A stretch of DNA of 64,000 bases from an uncultured Gammaproteobacteria bacterium (GTDB taxonomy: Bacteria > Pseudomonadota > Gammaproteobacteria > Steroidobacterales > Woeseiaceae), in the NCBI GenBank assembly GCA_963760395.1, contig CAVXCX010000020.1, forward strand, positions 87,345 to 151,344, read 5' to 3'. Of the stretch, positions 32,101 through 41,091 are shown one piece after another. The position numbers and the translations under genes are program-made. The first letter of the stretch is position 1. Each line of letters begins with the position of its first letter. Below the pieces are notes generated by a model. The model was not told the DNA's origin, searched no databases, and saw only the letters and a list, made by a program, of their open reading frames with translations.

Positions 32101-32509
32101 CACGCACCGCTGGTTAAAGGAAATGGGGGTTGGCGACGGCATGATTCCGGGTATCAATGAGCGCGTCGAAACGGCCCTGGAACGGATTCTCGGCGACGAA
32201 AAAGGCCGCTGGATTATCAGCGGCGAGGGGCGTTCAGAACTTGGCTTGACCGGCGTCGTCGAGGGTGAGGTTGAGTCCGTGATACTGGATCGGGTGCGTA
32301 TCGATTCGGACGGAACCCACTGGATTGTTGATTACAAGACAAGTTCTCACGAAGGTGGCAATCTCGAAGGCTTCCTGCAGGCGGAGGAGGCGCGTTACAC
32401 ACCGCAGCTGCGCAAATACAAGGCCATCTATAGTGCATATGCGAAAGCCGACGTCCGCTGCGCACTATATTTTCCGTTACTACAGACGTTCCTCGAAGTA
32501 GACGTATAG
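29129..32509 (+). CDS. AddA-like UvrD/REP superfamily-1 helicase with a C-terminal PD-(D/E)XK nuclease domain
   Basis: 1126-aa ORF. It has Walker A APAGSGKT, motif II LLVDEMQDTS, helicase motifs (GDPMQSIYRFR, TMHRAKGLEFEHV, LLYVACTRAR) and a C-terminal DSDGTHWIVDYKT. Confidence 0.85.
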   Translation: MSNNSDLIKADEQARLDSLDLSRSFIVQAPAGSGKTELLIQRYLKLLSVVDHPEEIIAITFTRKAAAEMQFRVLNALKMACQGEQPAEAHRQITLSLAQAVLKRDADKHWQLIANPRRLRIQTLDSLNALVARLRPISSPESASGVRIAVDAEIKGLYRASALATLDWLSEAGEMQEATREVLVHVDNNTWLYVSYLAQMLATRDQWLPFVGSGLLADDESAALRASFEENLERAVTDHLQKTAAAFSPELASQLASLQCYAASTLLENGQESHPIAALHGVTDLPAAEVSAMAQWLGLGELLLTKTGDFRKKVDKRQGFPPGDKGQKATLHDLLAQLIEERGLGDLLHGVRALPPVRYSDEQWHVLRALFRLLPLAVTELKRLFAQQGVADHIEIALTAAAALGTAEDPGDVALLLDYQVRHLLVDEMQDTSSAQYRMLEALTGGWEPGDGRTLYCVGDPMQSIYRFRNAEVGQFLLARQHGIGSVKLDSLLLRRNFRSGQFLVDWFNTVFPEILAADDEPLSGAVAYSEAVSVPQLAGIGDCCVHPVFDSRSEHEAALGCNVIAGILADHPEDEVVVLVRGRTQLPDLLSALREAGIDYQAIEIDRLTDLPEIIEVLALTRAATHQGDRLAWLALLRAPWIGLDWTDLHTLVMNDTKSTVWELLQDTDRIDALSASGRASIDAAREVLSGLVAPRRFQSLRELVEASWIRLGGPAILNDEYAVANVYRYLEVLDKHERCGSLDDVAELESMLDQERVSSDIKARLQIMTMHRAKGLEFEHVVLFGLGRLPGSGDHRVLSWFDVPDEHGSTRKVISPVGPRNELTRDPVHRFIQLSETAKDRHEQARLLYVACTRARKTLHLVGHTSITNDGDAFKPPAKRSLLNMLWSALEPQFAQAFSSESQVEAAESELWMQPLLRRFETGWTLPPVSGVPGCSVAEDGVGKDEEVEFYWVGTDARLAGTIVHRWLHAFSEGRAAPDTALLEQYRPITHRWLKEMGVGDGMIPGINERVETALERILGDEKGRWIISGEGRSELGLTGVVEGEVESVILDRVRIDSDGTHWIVDYKTSSHEGGNLEGFLQAEEARYTPQLRKYKAIYSAYAKADVRCALYFPLLQTFLEVDV

Positions 32510-32525
32510 ACGCGTTTGTTCCGGT

Positions 32526-33266
32526 CTACAACATGCCTTCGAGCCGCAGCTCTCGCCGCCCGCGCTCGTCGGCCGACCCAAGGTATTCGAGTTGCCGGGT
32601 CAGGCTCTCGGGGGCCGCTGGTTTGGCCATGACTTTGCCAAGAAACTGATAGCTCCTGTCTTCCTTGACCTGCAGGCTGCCGGCCAGGTCGACAACACCA
32701 TCAGTGTCTTCGACGGTTGCGGTTATCCCGCCGTCCTGCGAAAAAAACTCAGCCTGGTAGCCACCGATTGACTCACGACTGAGGCGCGGCGCAATCACAT
32801 TGCTAACTCTTACACTGCCTTCCGCAGCCACCGGTAGTCCATCGCGCATCTCGATACGCTCAAACTGCAGGCTTGCGTCACCTTGCAGACCGGTGACATT
32901 GAATGACTTGGCGAACAGGTACAGAGGTAGTGATGCATTGAAATCCGAAACGCTCATTGTGCCACCCAGGCTGAAACCGACAGTAGCCTCGACAAAACCG
33001 GACACCGGAGATCCCTTTACTTGATAGCTGGCCTGCGCAAGAAGCAGGCGAAGCGGATTTATCTGCCAGCTGACGTCGCTGACGTAGACCCCCTGCGCGG
33101 ACAGCGCGTCTGCTCGGCCTCGCCATACGGTGCCCTCGATACCGCTGGCCACGATTCCACTCGGTGCAACCCATCGGTACGCAACGCGCGCCGGAATCGT
33201 CAGGATCAGGGTTACCGCCAGCGTCAACAATGCGACGAGCAGGAGGCCGCGTTTTGTCTTGATCAA
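32526..33266 (-). CDS. gspN: Type II secretion system protein N
   Basis: The GspN-like sequence starts at a TTG (33266) that overlaps the gspM stop as TTGA. It has an N-terminal TM segment (LLLVALLTLAVTLILTIP) followed by IEGTVWRG. The ORF-track 5' extension was rejected. Confidence 0.75.
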   Translation of the reverse strand: MIKTKRGLLLVALLTLAVTLILTIPARVAYRWVAPSGIVASGIEGTVWRGRADALSAQGVYVSDVSWQINPLRLLLAQASYQVKGSPVSGFVEATVGFSLGGTMSVSDFNASLPLYLFAKSFNVTGLQGDASLQFERIEMRDGLPVAAEGSVRVSNVIAPRLSRESIGGYQAEFFSQDGGITATVEDTDGVVDLAGSLQVKEDRSYQFLGKVMAKPAAPESLTRQLEYLGSADERGRRELRLEGML

Positions 33267-33751
33267 AGACCGCGCTCCAGTGTCAGCGTTGCATTGACAC
33301 GCCCGGGCCCGGATTGTGACCCCTTCGAGAGACTGCCTGCCTGAACGTGCATTGCATACTGATCGCCAAGATCGCCAAGCCAAAGCACGAGATCGTCGAA
33401 AGCCACGTTCTCGAACTCGACGCGAATGCCGTTGCTTGAGGTGGGCTGACTTCGGCGCCGAAACTGTTCGAGCTGCCGACTGCGTAGCGTCTGGTCGACA
33501 ATAATTATGGGCGCCTGCTGGTTGGTGCTGCTGGTAGCCGTCGTCGAGCCGCTGGTTTGTGCCATACCTTTCAGAGGCGCCAGTTCCGCGAGCGAGCGTT
33601 GCCAGTCATCGACACTGACCGCCATCGCGTCGTGATTCCTGTCGAGCGGCGCCCAGATCAAACCGTAGAACAACGCGACGGCGACAATGACTGCGCCCAG
33701 AGATACGAACAGCTGCTCGCGCGACTCCAAACCATCAAACCAGTCCTTCAT
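33263..33751 (-). CDS. gspM: Type II secretion system protein M
   Basis: 162-aa ORF with a single N-terminal TM segment. It sits between gspL and gspN. Confidence 0.8.
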   Translation of the reverse strand: MKDWFDGLESREQLFVSLGAVIVAVALFYGLIWAPLDRNHDAMAVSVDDWQRSLAELAPLKGMAQTSGSTTATSSTNQQAPIIIVDQTLRSRQLEQFRRRSQPTSSNGIRVEFENVAFDDLVLWLGDLGDQYAMHVQAGSLSKGSQSGPGRVNATLTLERGL

Positions 33752-35013
33752 GACCCGGACTCACGAATTTGCAGGCGGCTGCTGATTTCACTGCCAAGCT
33801 GGTCGCTTGATTGGATGGACGCGGTGAAGCGGCCGGAGGCACTGACCGATTTCTGGATATTGTCCAGCGTCGGCACATCCGGAGAAGTAATTCGCACGTC
33901 GACGACGCCGGCCCGATAACTGATGGTTTCAATTCGCGCGCTCGAATTTTTCGCCATCGCGTCACCCAACTGTCGGAGCGACGGCAGGAATACCTGCGGC
34001 CCGGTTGCCGCACCGAGGCCCTGCTTGATCGAGCGCACCGCGTTGATCGGATCCAGAACCTCGCGCGTATCGCCAGGCCGTAGCTGTCGATATTCCTCTG
34101 TAAAGCGGGCCTGCAGGACCGTTGCTTCCTCGGACAAGCGGTAGTAGTCAACGGCTTTGAACGTTAAGCCCAGAAACATCAGTCCGACAAGGAGTGCGGC
34201 TACATTACGCCAGGGCCGCAGCTGCGAACGATAATCCGTTTTCGCGCCGTAGTCGCCTTGTAACAAATTGACTCCCGCACCACTGGCAACGGTCACGGCA
34301 AGTTTCGGCAATGCGCCATCTGCCAACAGATTGATATCAACGCTGTGCAGCTCATGTCTCAGCGCTATCCAGTCGTGCGACCAGCGTTCTTCGTCGGCCG
34401 CCTCGCAATAAGCGAGAAGATGACCGGCAGATTCGCCGGCGTCGGCATCATCATCGCTGCGGTCGGTCAGCGCTCCAGCAGCTACCAGCGTGTCGCTGGG
34501 ACGCGCACCCTGCATGGCAAACTCGACGTCGCCACCATCGTTGAAGTAGACGAAGTCGCCGTCAATCAAAATACTCAATGTTCCCGGAATTCGCGCAAGA
34601 CCGTAATTCTCGGGAATCATCTGATCCGGCTTGATGCCCGCACTATCCAGCGCTGCCATCCACGCGTCCATCTTCTCACGAGAGACAACAGCGACAGGTA
34701 GCTGCCCGTTCTCTCGCCGCGTTCCGGATGCGAAATGCAGGTTTTCAACATCTTCCGCCATGCTTTCTTCAAGCGCGAAGGGCAGTGCCGCACGCAAGCG
34801 CGCGCCGCCGCGAATTGGTACGTAGACGGTCGTCGTAATTGCCTCGATCGCGGGGACCAGGACGATCACGGCCCGGCCGGCGATTTCGGTAGCGGCCTGT
34901 TCGAGCGACCCCGTCCCGGGTGCACCCCTTCGCGTGCCGTTATTGTCAACGGCAATCCATTCCGCCTGTTCCACGGATGGGTGACCCAGGCGAATGACGA
35001 GAAACTCGGCCAT
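33748..35013 (-). CDS. gspL: Type II secretion system protein L
   Basis: 421-aa ORF with a cytoplasmic actin-like N-domain, a TM segment and a periplasmic domain. It has a 4-nt overlap with gspM. Confidence 0.85.
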   Translation of the reverse strand: MAEFLVIRLGHPSVEQAEWIAVDNNGTRRGAPGTGSLEQAATEIAGRAVIVLVPAIEAITTTVYVPIRGGARLRAALPFALEESMAEDVENLHFASGTRRENGQLPVAVVSREKMDAWMAALDSAGIKPDQMIPENYGLARIPGTLSILIDGDFVYFNDGGDVEFAMQGARPSDTLVAAGALTDRSDDDADAGESAGHLLAYCEAADEERWSHDWIALRHELHSVDINLLADGALPKLAVTVASGAGVNLLQGDYGAKTDYRSQLRPWRNVAALLVGLMFLGLTFKAVDYYRLSEEATVLQARFTEEYRQLRPGDTREVLDPINAVRSIKQGLGAATGPQVFLPSLRQLGDAMAKNSSARIETISYRAGVVDVRITSPDVPTLDNIQKSVSASGRFTASIQSSDQLGSEISSRLQIRESGS

Positions 35014-35026
35014 ACAAGTGGTCCCT

Positions 35027-35965
35027 TTAAATAGTTCCCAGGCTGCGGAGAATTGGTATCACATCGGAACTACTGGCGTTTCGATGCAGCACCGTGAATA
35101 AGCTAATGCGAACGGTATCAATCTGTACGACGGCCTTCAATTGAAAATAACTCGTGGTTTCGGAAAAGGCCTGCTGTAAATCAGGGTCGACGAGAGGCGC
35201 AAATACGCCGCCGTAGTCCGCGAAGCCACCGTCAGCCCGTAATGCGATCAGTCCCTCGGCATCGCTGAGGGTAATGTTATCACCGAGTGACTGCAGAACT
35301 GGCGCTGTCGCAGTATTTACGTTGACGGCCGTTTTCTCGGGCAGAGCCACCACGTGAGGCAATAAGAGATCGAAGCTGCTGCGATCCATTCCGTCCAGTG
35401 CGGCCAGCTCAGTAATCGTGGTTATTCGCTGATTGGCCGTGCGATAGGCCGGAGTTAACGCGGTATACAGCGGGTCTTCCGCGCCGTAGGGAATGCTTTC
35501 GGTCTGATCCGCATCCAGCCAGTCGGCGGCAACACCTGCAAGGCGAACCTCAAGGCCGAGCGCCTCGAGCAGGCGCTCAAACTGTCTTAGCGCTGGCTGG
35601 TCGATCTTGCCATTGGCATCCAGCAGGTTGTTGATGTTAAAGCGCCCCTGCAAATCCTCTATCTGGCCGTAGATTTCGCCCTGAACTGCTTCTGCATCGA
35701 TAGGCAGCGCCGGTATCTCCGTCGCCCAGATTTCATCGAGATGGTCGGACGTGCTGTTTGCCTGATCGTCACGCAGGATTCCGCGCACCCAACCCTCTGA
35801 GCCCACCGCGACTTGTATCGCCTGGTCCCGGTACAACATCACCATGGTGCGCCTTACGTCGAGCGCGTTATCCCAGGACAGGCTTGCCGCGACCGAGCCC
35901 GCCAGGGCGGTGATCAGCATGGCCGTAATCAATGCGACGCCTTGAGTCCTTGTCTGCTGTTTCAC
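35027..35965 (-). CDS. gspK: Type II secretion minor pseudopilin K
   Basis: 312-aa ORF beginning GVALITAMLITAL. Confidence 0.85.
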   Translation of the reverse strand: MKQQTRTQGVALITAMLITALAGSVAASLSWDNALDVRRTMVMLYRDQAIQVAVGSEGWVRGILRDDQANSTSDHLDEIWATEIPALPIDAEAVQGEIYGQIEDLQGRFNINNLLDANGKIDQPALRQFERLLEALGLEVRLAGVAADWLDADQTESIPYGAEDPLYTALTPAYRTANQRITTITELAALDGMDRSSFDLLLPHVVALPEKTAVNVNTATAPVLQSLGDNITLSDAEGLIALRADGGFADYGGVFAPLVDPDLQQAFSETTSYFQLKAVVQIDTVRISLFTVLHRNASSSDVIPILRSLGTI

Positions 35966-36573
35966 GGCGCTACCTCGATGACGCGTGTGACTTCGCCTTC
36001 ATCGGGGAGTGCGAGAACGATCTCAACCGCACGCGGCAGGCTCGCCACGGGGCCGCCCTGTGCTGTCAATGGTGGCCACTGCCCAACCCATTCATCGTTT
36101 GCGGTCAGGAAACGAAAAGTCAGGCTGTCGACCTCCTCGAGCATCACCGTTGTGATTGGCGTGTTATTCACCGTCCGGTCGAGTACGTTCCAGTGATAAC
36201 GAATCAGTTCGCCTTCTTCAATTCTATAGGCCGTACGCTGTAGCGTGCTGCGCGGCACGCCTGCCGGATTTGGCCAGCCGCCGTGTGTCAGCTGCAATGA
36301 AAATTCAGAGCCCAGGGTTGACTGCAGCGCGGCAATCGGGTCGTTGCCGAGTTCAACGCGCACCGACCGTGGCGCGGCCTGCAGTAATTCGCTACTGAGG
36401 TAGCTGATTGTTCGCTGTATGGACTGCAGACGATCCATGCGCACAGTGAGCATGTCAGCATTTGCCAACGTTTGGCCTAACGACATATAGGCGAGCAGTG
36501 ACATCACCCCGAACACTGCGAGCGCGACCATTACTTCGATAAGCGTGAAACCCTTGCTGCTAACGTTTCTCAT
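35962..36573 (-). CDS. gspJ: Type II secretion minor pseudopilin J
   Basis: The start was moved to ATG 36573 (MRNVSSKGFTLIEVMVALAVFG, a prepilin N-terminus). This gives an ATGA overlap with gspI. Confidence 0.85.
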   Translation of the reverse strand: MRNVSSKGFTLIEVMVALAVFGVMSLLAYMSLGQTLANADMLTVRMDRLQSIQRTISYLSSELLQAAPRSVRVELGNDPIAALQSTLGSEFSLQLTHGGWPNPAGVPRSTLQRTAYRIEEGELIRYHWNVLDRTVNNTPITTVMLEEVDSLTFRFLTANDEWVGQWPPLTAQGGPVASLPRAVEIVLALPDEGEVTRVIEVAP

Positions 36574-37010
36574 GTTGTTGGTCCACTCGGGGAGACGGGC
36601 AGCCCACCTGACCAGATCCGGTTGCTCTGGCCGACCGGCATGGGTTCGCCAATGAATCCCGTCACCGTTCGAATGTTGTAGTCGCTGCCCGCCAGCGAAA
36701 CGGAGATGTCGACTCGATAAAAAGACTCGATGCCGGTTTCGGATACGACAGCCCGCCAGGTCCACTGGGCGTTCGCATAGTCGACTTCGCCACTGGTAGA
36801 GCTGACTTCGGGGGTTACGTTGGCAAGCCGTAACTCAGCGATCTTGTTGAGCGCGATCCAGCTCGCATACGTTCGCTCACGCATCGCGTTGGCTGCGTCG
36901 ATCATCTGATTCATGCTGGCGGCAATTGCAGTGAGTGAAAATGCAACGATCGTTAGAGCAACCATCACTTCGACCAGCGTGAAACCGTCATTCTTGGCGC
37001 GCAGTATCAT
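36570..37010 (-). CDS. gspI: Type II secretion minor pseudopilin I
   Basis: 146-aa ORF with DGFTLVEVMVALTIVA. Confidence 0.85.
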   Translation of the reverse strand: MILRAKNDGFTLVEVMVALTIVAFSLTAIAASMNQMIDAANAMRERTYASWIALNKIAELRLANVTPEVSSTSGEVDYANAQWTWRAVVSETGIESFYRVDISVSLAGSDYNIRTVTGFIGEPMPVGQSNRIWSGGLPVSPSGPTT

Positions 37011-37013
37011 CGC

Positions 37014-37574
37014 CTAATCGTCCTCGCTCACAAACTCGATTTCGCCGAAAATGTCGCCGCGCATAACAAGCTGCTGATCATCTTGCGGCCGCCGGATTCG
37101 GATTTCATAGGCGGTCGATTCGCCGCTGGAAAATACGAAAACATGCGGTGCATATTTCTCAACGGTCAGCGACATGCTGGCCTTATTAGGGTCGTCGAAC
37201 TCCTTCGGATCATCTTTTAAAACGATCCGTTTGTCCTCAACGTAGAGTTCGAATTCCATACCCTCGGGCAATTGCCGCAAACGGAAAAGCTCGTCTCCGA
37301 TAATCTCACTCCATAGCGAGGCATACGGATCGAATTCAACGAAGCGGTAGGTGGATGTCATCATCTCAAGCCCAAATTCGCGCCCCTGCATGGTTGCCTC
37401 ATCCTGCGCCACCTCGATTAGCGAGGCTAGACGCTGGCGCTCCGTTTTCAACTCCCGGTCATCGCCAATCAGGCCGATTGACATCAAAGCGATACCTGAG
37501 ACCGTCGCGATAATAATAACCACGACCAGGATCTCAATCAGGGTGAATCCACGCGTTGTGCGAATCGTCGGCAT
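37014..37574 (-). CDS. gspH: Type II secretion minor pseudopilin H
   Basis: The start was moved to ATG 37574 (MPTIRTTRGFTLIEILVVV). Confidence 0.85.
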   Translation of the reverse strand: MPTIRTTRGFTLIEILVVVIIIATVSGIALMSIGLIGDDRELKTERQRLASLIEVAQDEATMQGREFGLEMMTSTYRFVEFDPYASLWSEIIGDELFRLRQLPEGMEFELYVEDKRIVLKDDPKEFDDPNKASMSLTVEKYAPHVFVFSSGESTAYEIRIRRPQDDQQLVMRGDIFGEIEFVSEDD

Positions 37575-37606
37575 CGGGTCACTCGACCTTCGGCACCTGG
37601 GCCCGT

Positions 37607-38059
37607 TTACTCGGGGTCCCAATTCCCGATATCGCTATCAAGTCCCTCGCCACCCGGTCTGCCGTCGCGCCCAAGCGTGTAGATATCTATTTCGCCGTTG
37701 TTGCCTGGGTTCAGGTACTGGTAGGGATTTCCCCAGGGATCTTTCGGCATGCGATCGAGGTATCCACCGGGCTTCCAGTTGCGGATATTAGGGTCGGTTG
37801 GCTTCGTCACTAAAGCATCGATGCCTTGTTCGGTGCTTGGATACGCGAAGTTGTCGAGCCTGTAGAATTTCAGCGCATTTTCGATGTTCGAGATTTCGGC
37901 CTTGGCCTTCGTAATCTGAGCATCGTCAACACGGCCAATTACGTTTGGCGCCACGATGGCAGCAAGAATGCCGATAATAATGACGACGACCATGATCTCG
38001 ATTAGGGTGAAACCCTGCTGTCTGCTGATGATCGGTCTTGTCGGTAGTTGATGACTCAC
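37607..38059 (-). CDS. gspG: Type II secretion major pseudopilin G
   Basis: 150-aa ORF with QQGFTLIEIMVVVIIIGILAAIVAPN and a GspG-typical C-terminus (DPWGNPY...LGRDG). Confidence 0.92.
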   Translation of the reverse strand: MSHQLPTRPIISRQQGFTLIEIMVVVIIIGILAAIVAPNVIGRVDDAQITKAKAEISNIENALKFYRLDNFAYPSTEQGIDALVTKPTDPNIRNWKPGGYLDRMPKDPWGNPYQYLNPGNNGEIDIYTLGRDGRPGGEGLDSDIGNWDPE

Positions 38060-38143
38060 TGATGCTGCTCCAATGCGGCGCCACGCGACAGCGCGACGCG
38101 GCTGAATTGACTCTCAAATAACGTAAACGTCAGTATATCAAAC

Positions 38144-38761
38144 ATGGGGTTAGACAAACTCAAACTAATTGACGCGCGGGCAACGGTTATCAAGGCCTGG
38201 TGGTTACCGTTTTCGATGTTCCTGCTGGCTCTCGTCCTCGCGTTTGGCGGAGAAGCGACCAGAGTCGCGCTTCGCTTCGACCGTCCCGGGATCCTCGAAG
38301 GGGACTGGTGGCGGCTTATTTCCGGGCATTTCGTGCACCTTGGCGGTGCCCATTTCGCGCTGAATGCGGCAGGACTGGGTCTCGTCTGGTACCTGGTGGG
38401 TAAGTCATTTAACGGCTCGCGATGGCTCCTAATCGTTATCGCATGTCTGCTTGGAATGGACCTGGGTTTCTGGCTCCTGAAACCGGAGCTCAGTTGGTAC
38501 GTAGGTCTGTCAGGCCTGTTGCATGGCCTGCTCGCAGCAGGCTTGGCAGAAAAGCTCCGTCAGCCCGATACAGAGACGTTCATTCTGGCGGCGCTGTTGC
38601 TCGGGAAACTGGCGTTCGAGCAGCTCAGTGGCCCTTTGCCCGGGTCGGAAGGGACCGCAGGCGGCCCTGTGGTCGTGGACGCCCACCTTTTCGGCGCTGT
38701 TTCGGGGGCGCTGGCCGCCATTTTGTTGCGGATTAGAGTCCAGCCGGGCGCACCTATATAA
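38144..38761 (+). CDS. rrtA: Rhombosortase (rhomboid-family intramembrane serine protease of the GlyGly-CTERM sorting system)
   Basis: 205-aa polytopic ORF. It has WWRLISGHFVHLGGAHFALNAAGL, the catalytic-Ser motif GLSGLLHG, and a distal His (VDAHLFGAVSG). Confidence 0.75.
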   Translation: MGLDKLKLIDARATVIKAWWLPFSMFLLALVLAFGGEATRVALRFDRPGILEGDWWRLISGHFVHLGGAHFALNAAGLGLVWYLVGKSFNGSRWLLIVIACLLGMDLGFWLLKPELSWYVGLSGLLHGLLAAGLAEKLRQPDTETFILAALLLGKLAFEQLSGPLPGSEGTAGGPVVVDAHLFGAVSGALAAILLRIRVQPGAPI

Positions 38762-38787
38762 TTTGCGGCCACTTTGGCCTGCAGGGA

Positions 38788-39726
38788 ATGGAGAATAAAT
38801 TGACGATCGCAATGGTATTTCCAGGACAGGGCTCCCAGTCGCCAGGTATGCAGGCGGATCTGGCGTCCGAGTACCCGGTAGTAGAGGAGACCTATGCCGA
38901 AGCCAGCCAGGTTTTGGGCTACGACCTCTGGGAATTGGTGCAAAGCGGCTCCACGGAACAACTGGGGGAGACCGTCGTGACGCAGCCAGCCATGCTTACC
39001 GCGGGAGTTGCCGCGTATCGCGTCTGGCAGCAGGCCGGTGGCAGCACACCGACGCAAATGGCGGGACACAGCCTCGGTGAATATACGGCGCTGGTCTGTG
39101 CGGGGGCCGTCAACTTTCTCGACGCACTGCGGATCGTCAAACGTCGCTCAGAGCTTATGCAGGAGGCCGTACCCGTAGGTATCGGTGCTATGGCGGCCGT
39201 TCTTGGGCTGGACGATGAGACCATTATCTCCTTGTGTGATGAGGCTTCGACTATAGGCATCGCCGAACCGGTGAATTTCAATTCTCCGGGCCAGGTGGTC
39301 ATTGCGGGTCACGCCACCGCCGTGGCGCAGGCCGTTGAATACGCCAAGGAACACGGCGCGCGGCGCGCCATCGTCCTGCCTGTCAGCGTACCGTCCCACT
39401 CGTCCCTGATGCGCGACGCCGGAGTGTCGCTTGCAGAGACGCTGGCGGCGACCGAGTTCAGCAAGCCGGCGATTACGGTTGTCAGCGCGGCGACGGCGGT
39501 TCCTTACGTGGATGCGGCTGACATTCGCAGCAAACTGTCTGCGCAGGTCTACAGTCCGGTATTGTGGGTTCGAACCGTCGAGGCAATGGTTGCGGCTGGT
39601 GCAAGTTCGATTGTCGAATGCGGGCCTGGAAAAGTACTCGCCGGCCTCGTGCGCCGCATTGCCAAGGGCACGACCGTGGCTTTTATAGACAACAACGACA
39701 GCCTGCAGAAAGCACTGCACGGTTAG
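38788..39726 (+). CDS. fabD: Malonyl-CoA:ACP transacylase
   Basis: 312-aa ORF with FPGQGSQ and GHSLGEYTAL. Confidence 0.93.
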   Translation: MENKLTIAMVFPGQGSQSPGMQADLASEYPVVEETYAEASQVLGYDLWELVQSGSTEQLGETVVTQPAMLTAGVAAYRVWQQAGGSTPTQMAGHSLGEYTALVCAGAVNFLDALRIVKRRSELMQEAVPVGIGAMAAVLGLDDETIISLCDEASTIGIAEPVNFNSPGQVVIAGHATAVAQAVEYAKEHGARRAIVLPVSVPSHSSLMRDAGVSLAETLAATEFSKPAITVVSAATAVPYVDAADIRSKLSAQVYSPVLWVRTVEAMVAAGASSIVECGPGKVLAGLVRRIAKGTTVAFIDNNDSLQKALHG

Positions 39727-39753
39727 TTCTATTGCCAAGCGAAAGGAATTTTT

Positions 39754-40509
39754 ATGAGCAAGCTGTTTACTTCAAATGCCCTTGATGGCGAGATCGCCCT
39801 GGTAACGGGCGCATCGCGTGGTATTGGCGCCGCCATCGCGGAAGTTCTCGCTGCCGCGGGGGCTACGGTTGTGGGTACGGCCACGAGCCAGGGCGGTGCC
39901 GATGGCATTTCGAAGACCCTTGGAGAAAGCGGCCGGGGCGTCGTACTGAATGTTGCGGACGATGCTTCCGTGCAGGCTGCGCTCAAGGACATTCAGGCGA
40001 ACGAGGGCACACCGACGATTCTCGTCAACAATGCCGGCATCACGCGGGACAATCTGCTCATGCGAATGAAGCAGGAGGAGTGGGACGACGTTATCGCCAC
40101 CAATCTCACCGGTCTGTTCCGAATGAGCAAGGCTTGTCTCAGAGGCATGATGAAAGCGAAGAAGGGGCGCATCATCAATATCGCTTCGGTGATCGCGGTC
40201 ATGGGTAATGCGGGCCAGGCCAACTACGCGGCAACCAAGTCGGGCATGGTTGGTTTTTCGAAATCGCTGGCTCGGGAAATTGGTTCGCGAGGCATTACTG
40301 TGAACGTCGTCGCACCCGGATTTATCGACACCGACATGACAAAAGTCCTGAGCGATGAGCAGCGCGCCGCAATGCTGGATCAGGTGCCGCTCGGTCGTCT
40401 TGGTGCATCTGAGGATATTGCGAACGCCGTGCTTTTTCTTGCCTCTGAAGGGGGTGCATACATCACTGGTGAGACAATGCACGTCAACGGCGGCATGGTA
40501 ATGGACTAG
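39754..40509 (+). CDS. fabG: 3-oxoacyl-ACP reductase
   Basis: 251-aa SDR with TGASRGIG and YAATKSG. Confidence 0.93.
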   Translation: MSKLFTSNALDGEIALVTGASRGIGAAIAEVLAAAGATVVGTATSQGGADGISKTLGESGRGVVLNVADDASVQAALKDIQANEGTPTILVNNAGITRDNLLMRMKQEEWDDVIATNLTGLFRMSKACLRGMMKAKKGRIINIASVIAVMGNAGQANYAATKSGMVGFSKSLAREIGSRGITVNVVAPGFIDTDMTKVLSDEQRAAMLDQVPLGRLGASEDIANAVLFLASEGGAYITGETMHVNGGMVMD

Positions 40510-40765
40510 GCTTGAAAGCCGGCGGCAGTTTCAGGCCGAAATTAACGGCCCCGGCGTGTAGATTGCCATGGATGATTCACATACAATAGCCACCCACGAC
40601 CGGCGATCGCCTTGAATTATCAAGGACTTACAGTGAAATCGGCGTGGAATTCGGGCCAACTATAGCGCCGTTTGATTAGCTTTTTCGAGCTAGCCGGGCG
40701 GGGGAAAACAGCGGTTTCAGGTCCACCGCAACTGATTTTGAGTCTTCTCGGGAGAAGCAATCGTT

Positions 40766-41008
40766 ATGAGTAGTATCGAAGAACAAGTTAAAGGCATCGT
40801 TGCCGAGCAACTCGGCGTCAAAGAAGACGAGGTAACGAACGATGCCTCATTCGTCGATGATTTGGGCGCAGATTCGCTCGACACCGTCGAGTTGGTAATG
40901 GCCCTCGAAGAGGAGTTCGAGACCGAGATCCCCGATGAGGATGCCGAGAAGATCACGACCGTCCAACAGGCGATCGACTTCGTAACCGCACGCCAAAGCG
41001 AAGCTTAA
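40766..41008 (+). CDS. acpP: Acyl carrier protein
   Basis: 80-aa ORF with the [20 protein letters not shown] phosphopantetheine site. Confidence 0.95.
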   Translation: MSSIEEQVKGIVAEQLGVKEDEVTNDASFVDDLGADSLDTVELVMALEEEFETEIPDEDAEKITTVQQAIDFVTARQSEA

Positions 41009-41014
41009 GAATAC

Positions 41015-41039
41015 AGGCGCGGGTCCAATGCCCGCGCCT
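41015..41039 (+). terminator. Hairpin between acpP and fabF (partial terminator/attenuator)
   Basis: AGGCGCGGG-TCCAATG-CCCGCGCCT followed by TTATT. Confidence 0.5.
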
Positions 41040-41091
41040 TATTCCCCCCAGTTCTGAAGGGCAGCCCTGCCATTCATTGACGGACAGACTC

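Noticed and set aside
39566-39576. GGGTTCGAACC, a tRNA T-arm-like motif
   Set aside because: It lies inside the fabD reading frame and has no surrounding cloverleaf. No tRNA genes were found in any intergenic region.
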